64,000 bases of DNA from Planctomycetota bacterium (GTDB lineage Bacteria > Planctomycetota > PLA2 > JAEUHO01): NCBI GenBank assembly GCA_965223505.1, contig CBDCWP010000031.1, forward strand, positions 90,400-154,399, written 5' to 3'. The notes beneath the pieces are model-generated. The model did not search any database. It worked only from the letters and a program-made list of their open reading frames with translations, and was not told where the DNA came from. A program made the translations under genes and the position numbers. Below, piece after piece: positions 11,795-20,766 of this stretch. Positions within the stretch are counted from its first letter, which is position 1; the number at the start of each line of letters is the position of its first letter.

Positions 11795-14700
11795 GGCGTG
11801 TACGTGAACACCACGTCCTTCGCGCCGGACTCCGCTTCGATCTCTCCCACGGGTTCGCCCATGTAGCCCACGATCTTCCAGCGACCGGGCGGTAGGCCCT
11901 GAATCGTGAAGCGGCCGTCCTGCGTCGTGCGCGCACCGATGCGGAGCGACCCGCGCTCGGCGATCAGGAACGGTCCCTTCGTCGGCCCCTGGAAGTTCTC
12001 GATGAGCCCCGTGATCGTCGCGCCTTGCTTCGGATGCAGCTCGAACGGGCCGTCCGAGGGACGCACGTCGTCGGCCATCGCGTAGCGGCCGTCCGCGTGC
12101 CCCGCGTAGACGACGCCCACCACGTCCGAGACGTCGTCGATCCAGAAGCGATTCCCGTCTCCCTTGTTCGCCTGCCACGTGTGTCCGGGCTTGCTGAAGC
12201 GGATGTGCCATCCGTCCAGCCCCTTCTTGTCGTGCAGGGTGCCCTCGAGCTTCGCGACGTTCGGCAGGACGAACCGCAGCCCGCGCGCGGGTGCGTCGGA
12301 CTCCTGCGGCTCGGCGCCGCCGAACCCGCCGCCTTCGGCGCGCACGGCGTAGCGCCCCGCAGCGACGGGACCGACCCGAAAGGCGCCCGCCGCGTCGGTG
12401 CGTCCGCGCGCGGACACCCCGCGGTTCGCTTTCGCCGCGCCGTAGGCGGCGACGCTCGCACCCGCGACCGGTTCGTTCGCCTCGTTCAAGACGACGCCTT
12501 CGATCCAGACCCCGGCGCCGAGTCGAATCACGAGGTCGCCGCCGAGCTCGAGCTCGCGAATCGCGTTCGGGTAGGGGGGCGTCGCCTTCACTGCGGTGAC
12601 GCGTACCTTCGCGACGCCGCGCTCGGGAATTCCCTCCGCGACGAAGACACCGTCGTTGTTCGTCGCGCCGTAGCGGCTCCAGCGCGCGCCGCCGTGAACG
12701 CCCGACATCGAGACCTGCGCCTCGCGGACCGGCTCGTCGTCCGCGCCGACGACCCGAAGCTCGTGCCGGTGTCCGCGCGTGAGCGTGATGCGCACCTCGC
12801 TCTGGTCCGCGGGCACCTCGATCGCGGGGACCGGCAGGAACGCCGGCGGCGGCCGAATCGTGAGCTTCACGGTTTCGAGCGCCAACGCAGCCAGCACGAA
12901 CACGCCCTCGTCGTTCGTCAGCGCGTACTTCTGTGCGATGAAGTCGCCCGCCTGCACGTTGACGTTGGCGACCGGCTGCCCCTCGGTGTCTCGTACGTGA
13001 CCTTCGATGCGACGTCCCTCGCGCAACCGAATCTCGCGCTCCGACGTGCCACGGGCGATGTCGAGGGTCTGCGGCAGGTAGTCGAGCGACCGTCCGTCCG
13101 CGTCCCGCACGTCGGTGACCGTGAGCTTCAGCGACTCGCCTTCTTCCGGTTGCTGCATGACCAGCGTGCCGTCGGAAACCGTCTTGTCGCCGCGAAACGT
13201 GTGGTTGCCGCGCGCGCGCTCGAACGTGACCTTCGCGGTCGGCACCGGCGCACCGTCCGGCCCCAGGATGCGAAGCGTGACGTCGGTCGTGGACCCGCCG
13301 CTGCGGACGACCGCGTGGATGTCGTCGTCCGGCGTCCACGCGCCGTCCGCCCAGTCGCTGCGGACGCGCAGGCGGTAGCGCTTCGCGGCGCCGACCTCGA
13401 CGTCGAACCGACCCTGCGCGTCCGTGATCGTGTTGCCCTCGCGGAAGTTGCGGTTGTCCGCGTTGAAGACCCAGACCGCAGACAGCGCGACGGGGGAGCC
13501 GTCCTCGCGCCGCAACACGCCGCGCAGACGCTTCTTCGACTCGACGCGCACCACGATGTCGTCGCGCTTCTCGCCCCACGCCACCTCGACATCGACCATG
13601 TGCGGGCGGATGCGGACCTTGTAGACCCCCGGCGCCAGTCCGTCGAACACGAACGAGCCGTCGGAGCCCGTCGTCATCGCGTAGTGGTAGGTCGTCATCA
13701 GCGCAGCGCCGACGCCTTCGACCGGTCGATCGTTCTCGTCGAGCACGCGCCCGGCGATGCGGGCGCCCTCGCGCAACGTCAGCGCGACTGCTTGCGGGGT
13801 TTCAATCGACGTGAGCTCGATGGGTTTCTCCGCGAGAGCGAGCTGCGTGCCCTTCCGCGCCTCGAGCGTCCATCGGAACCCGGGTGGGAGTCCGGAGAGA
13901 CGACAAGTTCCGTCCGCGGCCGTACGCAGGCCGGCCGGCCGGCGTTCGAAGAAGGCACCGCGGCTGCGTGTGTCCTTGCGCACGACGGATGCGCTCACGA
14001 CCGCATCGCCGACCGGCGTGCCGTCGGTGTCCGTCACGCGAACGTCGATGGCGGCGCCGCGCGCCGCGATCAGCTCGATCCGCGTCGTGCCACCCTCCGC
14101 GGGCGCATACACGGCAACCAGCCCGGGCGATGTGCTCTTGACGGCGCCGTCCTCCTGCTCGGGGACGTACCACCCCGCGCCGCGGCCGGTGAGCGCGTAA
14201 CGCGCGCCCGGTGTCACCACGAATCGAAACGAGCCGTCCTCGGCGCTCAGCGCGCGCTGCGCGACGTAGCGCGGGCCGTGCGCGCCGATCTGGACGCCGG
14301 CGATGGGTTCACCGTCGGCGCTTCGAACGCTGCCTTCGATCGCCGCGCCGCGCTGAAGCGTGAGGTTCGCCTCGACGACGTCGCCCGCAGCGAGCGGCCG
14401 GTCGCCGCCGCCGTACGTGCCGGTCGAGAAGCCCTCGGCGTCGACGACGATCTCCCCGAGCTTCCCGGGCGGCAATCCGTCGGCGACGTAGGCGCCGTCG
14501 TCGTCGGTCAGCGCGAGACCGGCGGCGTACAAGCCGAGCTCGCCTTCCGCGATCGGGATGGTCACACGGGCGTTCGCAATCGGCCGGCGCTTCGCGTCGA
14601 CGACCGCACCGCGTACGGTCACGCCCCGCGCTTCGAACGCCTGTAGCCGAACGTTGGCGCTCGGAACCGGGACGCGGAACTGCCGCCGAACGCGACCCCC

Positions 14701-16008
14701 GACGTGCACATCGAGCTCCGCGACGCCGACGGGAATCGCCGCGATACGGAAGCGTCCGTCGGCGTCGGTGCGGATGCCGCGCAGATGCGGGGCGCTGCCG
14801 ATGTGCCGCTTCTGGAACGGCCCCGTCAGCATGTACGCCTCGAGCTCCGCGGCGATGCCGTTCCCCTGCGCGTCGACGACCTGCCCTTCGAGCGGCACGC
14901 CTTCGCCGACGGTCAGCACGAATTCCTGGCCGGAGAGGGTCAGCGCCTGTACGCGTCGCAGCGCGCCGACACGAGGTGCGGGCGGGCGCGCCTCGACCTC
15001 GAACACGCCGTCGACCGGCAGGTCGCGGAAGACGAAGCGACCCCGTGCGTCGGTGGTCGTGGTCCGGGCGGGGGGCGTGGACGGCGTGCTGCGCCAACGC
15101 CAGCGGGCAATCCTCAGCTTGTCGACGTTCGAGCGCTCGGGAACGCGCAACCAGACTTCGACGTCGCGCTGCGGCGCACCGCCTGCGTCGATGACCCGAC
15201 CGGCCAACCGCTTGTCGCCGTGCGGCGCGGCGGCCGGCGCCGGCGTCTCCGGTTGCGGTTGCGGCCGCCCCTGAAGGACGGTCGGCGCCTCGTCGGACGC
15301 GTCGCCACCGTCCGCGACCAGTTCCTGCGCCGGCGCCGGCGACGGCGGCATCGCGTCGCTGTTCGATGCCACCTGCCACCAGACGACCGAGAGCGCCGAC
15401 ACCAACACCGCCGCGGCGATGCCCCACTTCGTCTTCGACACCATGACGCCTCCTCCGGCGAGCATCGGCAGCAGCGCGAGCTGCCACGTTCGTTCGTTGC
15501 CGCCATGTCGCGTCGTGAGCTCCGTGCGCAGCTGCTGCAGCGCGCGCTTGATGCGGGAGCGCACCGTCTCGACGGGTACGCCGAGCTCACCGGCGATCTT
15601 GCGGGGAGGCTGGTTGTCGAAGAAGCGCCGCAGGATCACCATGCGGTTCGGTTCCGAGAGCGTCAGCATCGCGTCGAGCAGCTGCTTCTGCGTCTCGACG
15701 CGTTGAATCGACTCGACGGTCGACGGCGCGTCGTCGCGCCGAAGTACGCCGTGCTCGTAGCGATCACGGCGCCGCGACGCGCGTGCGGACTCACGCGCCT
15801 TGTTGCGCACGATGCCCGACAGCCAAGGACCCCAGCCCTTGCGGCGCGTCGCGGCACGCTGCCAGCCCGTGATCAGCGCTTCCTGTGCGACGTCGTCCCC
15901 GCGGTGGGCGTCGCCCACCAGCGTGCGCGCGAGCCGGCGGCACCCGTCTACCTGCGCGAGCAGGCCTTCGAGATCGAGTCCATCGAGCTTCGGCACGTTC
16001 GACGCCAT
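11791..16008 (-). CDS. ECF sigma factor fused to a TM helix and multiple carboxypeptidase-regulatory-like beta-sandwich repeats
   Basis: Sigma2 (DDVAQEAL...WLSGIVRN) and sigma4 (IAGELGVPVETVRSRIKRALQQLR); TM; repeated GRVxDxxGxPxxxA...TDxxGRF; GGTGGAGG RBS before ATG 16008. Confidence 0.9.
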   Translation of the reverse strand: MASNVPKLDGLDLEGLLAQVDGCRRLARTLVGDAHRGDDVAQEALITGWQRAATRRKGWGPWLSGIVRNKARESARASRRRDRYEHGVLRRDDAPSTVESIQRVETQKQLLDAMLTLSEPNRMVILRRFFDNQPPRKIAGELGVPVETVRSRIKRALQQLRTELTTRHGGNERTWQLALLPMLAGGGVMVSKTKWGIAAAVLVSALSVVWWQVASNSDAMPPSPAPAQELVADGGDASDEAPTVLQGRPQPQPETPAPAAAPHGDKRLAGRVIDAGGAPQRDVEVWLRVPERSNVDKLRIARWRWRSTPSTPPARTTTTDARGRFVFRDLPVDGVFEVEARPPAPRVGALRRVQALTLSGQEFVLTVGEGVPLEGQVVDAQGNGIAAELEAYMLTGPFQKRHIGSAPHLRGIRTDADGRFRIAAIPVGVAELDVHVGGRVRRQFRVPVPSANVRLQAFEARGVTVRGAVVDAKRRPIANARVTIPIAEGELGLYAAGLALTDDDGAYVADGLPPGKLGEIVVDAEGFSTGTYGGGDRPLAAGDVVEANLTLQRGAAIEGSVRSADGEPIAGVQIGAHGPRYVAQRALSAEDGSFRFVVTPGARYALTGRGAGWYVPEQEDGAVKSTSPGLVAVYAPAEGGTTRIELIAARGAAIDVRVTDTDGTPVGDAVVSASVVRKDTRSRGAFFERRPAGLRTAADGTCRLSGLPPGFRWTLEARKGTQLALAEKPIELTSIETPQAVALTLREGARIAGRVLDENDRPVEGVGAALMTTYHYAMTTGSDGSFVFDGLAPGVYKVRIRPHMVDVEVAWGEKRDDIVVRVESKKRLRGVLRREDGSPVALSAVWVFNADNRNFREGNTITDAQGRFDVEVGAAKRYRLRVRSDWADGAWTPDDDIHAVVRSGGSTTDVTLRILGPDGAPVPTAKVTFERARGNHTFRGDKTVSDGTLVMQQPEEGESLKLTVTDVRDADGRSLDYLPQTLDIARGTSEREIRLREGRRIEGHVRDTEGQPVANVNVQAGDFIAQKYALTNDEGVFVLAALALETVKLTIRPPPAFLPVPAIEVPADQSEVRITLTRGHRHELRVVGADDEPVREAQVSMSGVHGGARWSRYGATNNDGVFVAEGIPERGVAKVRVTAVKATPPYPNAIRELELGGDLVIRLGAGVWIEGVVLNEANEPVAGASVAAYGAAKANRGVSARGRTDAAGAFRVGPVAAGRYAVRAEGGGFGGAEPQESDAPARGLRFVLPNVAKLEGTLHDKKGLDGWHIRFSKPGHTWQANKGDGNRFWIDDVSDVVGVVYAGHADGRYAMADDVRPSDGPFELHPKQGATITGLIENFQGPTKGPFLIAERGSLRIGARTTQDGRFTIQGLPPGRWKIVGYMGEPVGEIEAESGAKDVVFTYTP

Positions 16009-16026
16009 TTGCCTCCACCTTGATCG

Positions 16027-16052
16027 TGGCCGCTCGAGGCAAAAGCGGTTCG
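16027..16052 (-). promoter_or_regulatory. Putative autoregulatory ECF promoter (copy 1)
   Basis: CGAACCG-N5-GCCTCG-N-GCGGCCA upstream of the RBS; near-identical motif upstream of the paralogous ECF gene. Confidence 0.55.
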
Positions 16053-16093
16053 TCCAGACTATGCTCAACCCGATGCCGTAAGGGAGCCCGAAG

Positions 16094-16453
16094 CTGGACC
16101 TGTGTCGAATCGTCCTTCTGGTGCGGGACTTCGAGCGGTCACTCGCGTTCTATCGGGACGTGCTGGGCCTGGACGCTGACCCGGTTCATCCCGGGTGGGC
16201 GGTGTTTCGAACGAACGACATCTTGTTGTGCCTCCGCGGCCCATGGCCGGAGATGACGTTTCACGTAGACGACTTCGGTCGTTCGCCGGATGAGCTGCTC
16301 TTCCGGGTCGCCGATCTCGACGCCGCACGCGCGGCACTCGAGGCGCGGGGCGTCGTCGTGGCGCCGACACACGAGCCCGGACCCGGATTGCGCGTCGCCG
16401 AGCTGGCTGACCCCGACGGCCGACGCATCGCCCTGGAGGAGCGTACGGGCTAG
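16094..16453 (+). CDS. VOC/glyoxalase family protein (start uncertain: CTG 16094 or GTG 16121)
   Basis: RIVLLVRDFERSLAFYRDVLG...LFRVADLDAA...DPDGRRIAL; AGGGAG lies 7 nt before CTG 16094. Confidence 0.85.
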   Translation: MDLCRIVLLVRDFERSLAFYRDVLGLDADPVHPGWAVFRTNDILLCLRGPWPEMTFHVDDFGRSPDELLFRVADLDAARAALEARGVVVAPTHEPGPGLRVAELADPDGRRIALEERTG

Positions 16454-16611
16454 GGTTCGTCTGCCAATCGTCCTGCTGCGGTCAGCGACCCTCTCGCTGC
16501 GACAGGCCCGAATTCGGAACCTCGCAAAGGGCCAGAGCCCGCCTGCGGCGAGAACCGGCTCGTCCGGCCGCGTCGGTCGCCCCACCCCGACGGAGAGTCG
16601 TCAGACAGCCC

Positions 16612-19600
16612 CTAGGGCTTCTCGAGCCTCAGCACGACGTCGCGCGCGCCATGGGCGACGTCCGCGAGGTCCGCCCGGTAGAGCACCGTCTCGACCATGG
16701 CCTGGGCGACCAGCGTCACCGTGTCCGAACGCTGCGGGTCGGTGATGAGGGTGAACGTGCCGTCCTCGCGCGTCGTGAACGAGTACAGGGGGCGGCCTGC
16801 GTCCACGCTCCGCACATACCCCTTGGCGAAGGGCGCGCCGTCGGGTCCGAACAGCGTGCCGGTCAAGACCGAACCCATGCGCAGCTTCACGACGATCTCC
16901 TGTCCGGCGGGTGTGACCTCCTGTCCCGGCGGCGCGACCCACGGCCGCTCGGCGTTGCCGGCGTACGAGATCGTGAGCGTGCGCTCGAGCGCCGGGATCT
17001 TCTCGATGGTGACGCGTCCGTCCGCGCCGGTCTGCAGGACGCCCGCACCCGGCAGAGCGGGGTTCAGGATGATGTACGCGGTCTTGACCGGGTTGCCGTC
17101 CGGGTCGAGGACGAGCACCGACAGGCTCTTGTCCTCGGCAAGGCGCTTCGTGACGACGCGTACGTCCTTGGTGCCGACGCGTACGCCTTCGAGGCGTCCG
17201 GCGAATGGGACGTTGACCGGCTGGGAGCCCATGTTCGTCTTCTGCCACGCCATGCCCTCGAAGACGAGGTCCACGACAGAGTCCGGCGGCAGCGCGAAGC
17301 TGAACTTGCCGAGCTCGTTCGAGGTCGCGTTCGCCAGCACGTCGTCCCCGCGACGGGCTTCCAGCATGGCGCCGGCGATCGGCGACCCACCGGGCTGCAC
17401 GATGACGCCGGTGATGTACGCCGCTTTGCGCATCGTGATCGTCACCTCGTCCGTGTTCGGATCGACATCGACGCCCGACGCACGCTGATAGGGGTTGTCG
17501 CCCAGCATCAACACCCGCACCGTGACCGTCTCGGCCGGGAGCACGAGCTCCAGGCCCCCGTGTCCGTCCACCTGGCCGCTCACGTTCAATCGGCCGGTCG
17601 CGTCCGTCGCGATCACGAACGCGCCGGCGACCGGCTTTCCGTCCTCGTCCTTCACCCGGACGCTGACGCTGCGCCCGCCCTCGTACGTGAGGTCTTTCTC
17701 CGTCGTCTTGCCTTCGACGAGCTCGACGCGCGCCGAGGCGCCGGGGCGCGTGCCGGTGCGCGACGCGAGCTGGTACGCGCCCGGCGGCACGTCGACGAAG
17801 CGGAAGCGGCCGAGGTCGTCCGTCCGGCGTTCGACCGTCTGACCGTACGAGGTCTGCGCCGGCTCGCCCGAGCGGCGCATGGACGCGCGGTCCTCGTTGG
17901 CGCCCATGAGGCTGACGCCGACACGCGCCGCGGGCGTGCCGTCCGATTCGAGAACACGGCCGATGAGCTCGCACGGACGCGGCAGCTTCAGGTCGCCCAG
18001 GTCGATGACGTCCTCGGTCGAGGCGTCGAAGTCGAAGAGCATGCGGGCGTGTCCCCGCGCGCGCACGATGAGCGTGTGCGGCATGTCTCGCCGCAGGCCG
18101 TCGAGCTCGAAGCGGCCGTCCGCACCCGTTCGTGTCGAGTCGAGCGACGTCTGCTGGTCGTCGTTGTGGAACTGCGAGCCGATTGCCGCGACGCGCACGC
18201 GGTCCACGGGTGCGCCGTCGTGTCCGAGGATGCGGCCGACGACCCGGTTGCCGCGTTTCAGCTCGAAGTCGATCTCGGAGCGGCGTCCGACGTTCGCAAA
18301 CGCGCGGCCGTAGCCCTCGGCGAGCACGTGGATGTCCATGACGTGCTTGCCGCTCCAACCCGGCAGGACGTACCGGCCGTTGGCATCCGTGCGCACCTCC
18401 GGCTCGAGCACCCAGTTGACGCCGACCCTGGCGTTCTCGATCGGCTTGCCGGTGTACGCGTCCGTCACTCGTCCCGTCAGCGTTCGGCCCTCGGGCAGCG
18501 TCAGCTCGAAGCTTCCCTTCGCGCTGCCGGGCGTGATGACCTCCACCCAGCCCGGGTTGCCCCAGCCTTCGCGGGTGACGTGCACGTCGAGCGTCGCGCT
18601 GATGCCGGGCGGCAGTCCGGTGAAGACGACGTCGCCGTCCGCGTCCGTCGTCCCGAGCCGGCGCAGCGCCGAGTCGCCCTTGTGGCCGCCCCGGAACAGC
18701 TCGACCGGAACGTCGTCCGCCGGCGAGCCGTCCGGTGCCCTGACCGTGACCGTCAGCTCGACGCCCGCGTGCAAGCGCACGCGCAAGCGCTCGCCTGCCT
18801 GGACTTGCGCCATCTCCGTTTGCGCAAACCCTTCGGCGGTCACGCGCAGGTGGACGAAGTCGCCGCGCGCGAGCCGGATGGAGAACGTCCCGTCGGAGGC
18901 GCTCCATCCGAGCTCGCCGGTCTCCTCCTCGTTGTGCCCGCCATCGGTGATCAGGTCCGCGTAGCGCCAGGGGAAGCGAACGACCTGAAGTCGCGCGCCG
19001 GCAACGGGCGTCCCGTCGGGGCCCACCACGATGCCGTGCAGGTCACGGTCACGGTCGACCGTCGCGAGGTCGACCGGTGCGGGGATGCGCACCGCCGACG
19101 CCGGCTCGTGCTCGAGCGCGGAACCGTCGCCGCGACCGGTCAGACCGGTTTCGCCGGCGGCGTCGTCGCCTTCGAGCATCGCCCGCTCGTCGACGGCGTC
19201 GTGCGCATCGGACGCACTGCCGTCGAACACGCCGAACCACCAGCACGTCGTCAACGCCACGAGCACGATTGCCGCGCCCGCGATCCACTGTGTCTTTGCG
19301 CTCATCACCGCACCTCCGATCGTGGCGGGAAGCCACGGCGCCGGACGCAGCGCCGGCACCGGAAGCAAGGCGACCTGCCATGCTCTCCGGTTGCCGTCGT
19401 GCTTCTCGTCCAGCGCCAGCCGCAGCTGATGGAGGGCGCGCTTGAGCCGCGTTCGCACCGTCTCGACGGGAACCTCCAGCTCGCGCGCGATGACGCGCGG
19501 CGGTTGGTTCTCGAAGAAACGTCGCCAGACGACGGTCCGGTACGCATCGGGCAGCGTCATCACGGCGTCGAGCAACCGTTTCTGCGCTTCGACGCGGACG

Positions 19601-19887
19601 GCGAGCTCGGCGGTCGACGGGGCCGCGTCCGGGCGCAGCGCCGCCTGCTCGTGCCGCACGCGCCGCACGGCGGCACGCTTCGACTCGCGCGCCTTGTTAC
19701 GCACGATGCCCGCGAGCCAGCCCCGCCATCCGCGGCTATCGGGCGGCGGACGCTGCATACCGGTCAGGAGCGCATCCTGCGTGACGTCGTCGGCGCCCTG
19801 CGGATCGCGTACGAGCTTCTCGGCCAGCCGGCGCGAACCGTCCACGTGCGACAGCAGCGCATCGAGGTCGGGTTCGTTCGGCGTCAT
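16612..19887 (-). CDS. Second ECF sigma factor fused to a TM helix and carboxypeptidase-regulatory-like repeats
   Basis: ADDVTQDALL...WLAGIVRNKARES...IARELEVPVETVRTRLKRAL; TM; repeated GRVxxxDGxPV...TDxxGRF; clear paralogue of 11791..16008. Confidence 0.9.
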   Translation of the reverse strand: MTPNEPDLDALLSHVDGSRRLAEKLVRDPQGADDVTQDALLTGMQRPPPDSRGWRGWLAGIVRNKARESKRAAVRRVRHEQAALRPDAAPSTAELAVRVEAQKRLLDAVMTLPDAYRTVVWRRFFENQPPRVIARELEVPVETVRTRLKRALHQLRLALDEKHDGNRRAWQVALLPVPALRPAPWLPATIGGAVMSAKTQWIAGAAIVLVALTTCWWFGVFDGSASDAHDAVDERAMLEGDDAAGETGLTGRGDGSALEHEPASAVRIPAPVDLATVDRDRDLHGIVVGPDGTPVAGARLQVVRFPWRYADLITDGGHNEEETGELGWSASDGTFSIRLARGDFVHLRVTAEGFAQTEMAQVQAGERLRVRLHAGVELTVTVRAPDGSPADDVPVELFRGGHKGDSALRRLGTTDADGDVVFTGLPPGISATLDVHVTREGWGNPGWVEVITPGSAKGSFELTLPEGRTLTGRVTDAYTGKPIENARVGVNWVLEPEVRTDANGRYVLPGWSGKHVMDIHVLAEGYGRAFANVGRRSEIDFELKRGNRVVGRILGHDGAPVDRVRVAAIGSQFHNDDQQTSLDSTRTGADGRFELDGLRRDMPHTLIVRARGHARMLFDFDASTEDVIDLGDLKLPRPCELIGRVLESDGTPAARVGVSLMGANEDRASMRRSGEPAQTSYGQTVERRTDDLGRFRFVDVPPGAYQLASRTGTRPGASARVELVEGKTTEKDLTYEGGRSVSVRVKDEDGKPVAGAFVIATDATGRLNVSGQVDGHGGLELVLPAETVTVRVLMLGDNPYQRASGVDVDPNTDEVTITMRKAAYITGVIVQPGGSPIAGAMLEARRGDDVLANATSNELGKFSFALPPDSVVDLVFEGMAWQKTNMGSQPVNVPFAGRLEGVRVGTKDVRVVTKRLAEDKSLSVLVLDPDGNPVKTAYIILNPALPGAGVLQTGADGRVTIEKIPALERTLTISYAGNAERPWVAPPGQEVTPAGQEIVVKLRMGSVLTGTLFGPDGAPFAKGYVRSVDAGRPLYSFTTREDGTFTLITDPQRSDTVTLVAQAMVETVLYRADLADVAHGARDVVLRLEKP

Positions 19888-19904
19888 CGACCCTCCACTC
19901 TAGT

Positions 19905-19930
19905 TGGCCGGCCGAGGCCGATTCGGTTCG
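19905..19930 (-). promoter_or_regulatory. Putative autoregulatory ECF promoter (copy 2)
   Basis: CGAACCG-N5-GCCTCG-N-CCGGCCA followed by GTGGAGG RBS. Confidence 0.55.
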
Positions 19931-19995
19931 GGAAAAGCCAGATGTGCGCCGCACACGGCGATCTGCTACGACTTGGGGCGGATAGAAGGGAGTTC

Positions 19996-20763
19996 ATGAT
20001 GATGATGACATGGTTTGGTGCGGCGTCCCCGTTGTCGGTCGTCGCTATTGTCCTTGCTACCGTGCTCGTGATGCTGTTCCTGCGCAGCTACAAGGAGGGC
20101 CGCTTCAAGATCGGCCTCATCGAGATCGGCGCCGCACTCGCCGTCGCCGCGTTCTACATGTTCTTCAGCGGCGAGATCAAGGAGCTCTCCGTCGGTGACG
20201 TCAAGCTCACCCGCAACCTCGAGCGAGCGGCTCGTCGACCTGCCCTCGCTGCGTCGAGCGCTGTCGAGTTCAAGGAGCTGCCCGCAGACCCCAAGCTGGG
20301 AACGTCACAGATTCCGAGGTACCGGCGAAGCGGACTTGAAGCGCTGAGTTTCACCATCGGAGGGCAACAATACGATTCGTCGGTGATCCGCGAGTATCTG
20401 ACGCAGCTCACGACCAAAGGCAAGCTCAAGTACCTGGTGTTCAACGACACCGACGGAGCGACAGTGTGCATCGCAGACGCGGTACGGCTGGCGCAAGCTG
20501 TGAGGACCGACTCGTTTGCGAACGAGTTGACCGAGTGGATCAGGGGTGGGGAGCTCGACGCGCTGACGTCGCTGCCCGGCTACGTCTACAAGGACGACTT
20601 CATCCGCATGGACATGACCAAGGCCGAAGCGCTCGATACGCTCGTCACGGCGGCGCTCGTAGAGGCGCCGGTGGTAGACGACAAGGGCCGCTTCATCGGC
20701 GTGGCCCGACGCGACGACATCGTCGCCGCGCTCACGCTCGCGCTTGCCGAGGGCGCGAAGTAG
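19996..20763 (+). CDS. Two-TM membrane protein with degenerate C-terminal CBS domain(s)
   Basis: GAAGGGAG RBS; two hydrophobic helices; APVVDDKGRFIGVARRDDIV CBS signature. Confidence 0.75.
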   Translation: MMMMTWFGAASPLSVVAIVLATVLVMLFLRSYKEGRFKIGLIEIGAALAVAAFYMFFSGEIKELSVGDVKLTRNLERAARRPALAASSAVEFKELPADPKLGTSQIPRYRRSGLEALSFTIGGQQYDSSVIREYLTQLTTKGKLKYLVFNDTDGATVCIADAVRLAQAVRTDSFANELTEWIRGGELDALTSLPGYVYKDDFIRMDMTKAEALDTLVTAALVEAPVVDDKGRFIGVARRDDIVAALTLALAEGAK

Positions 20764-20766
20764 CGC

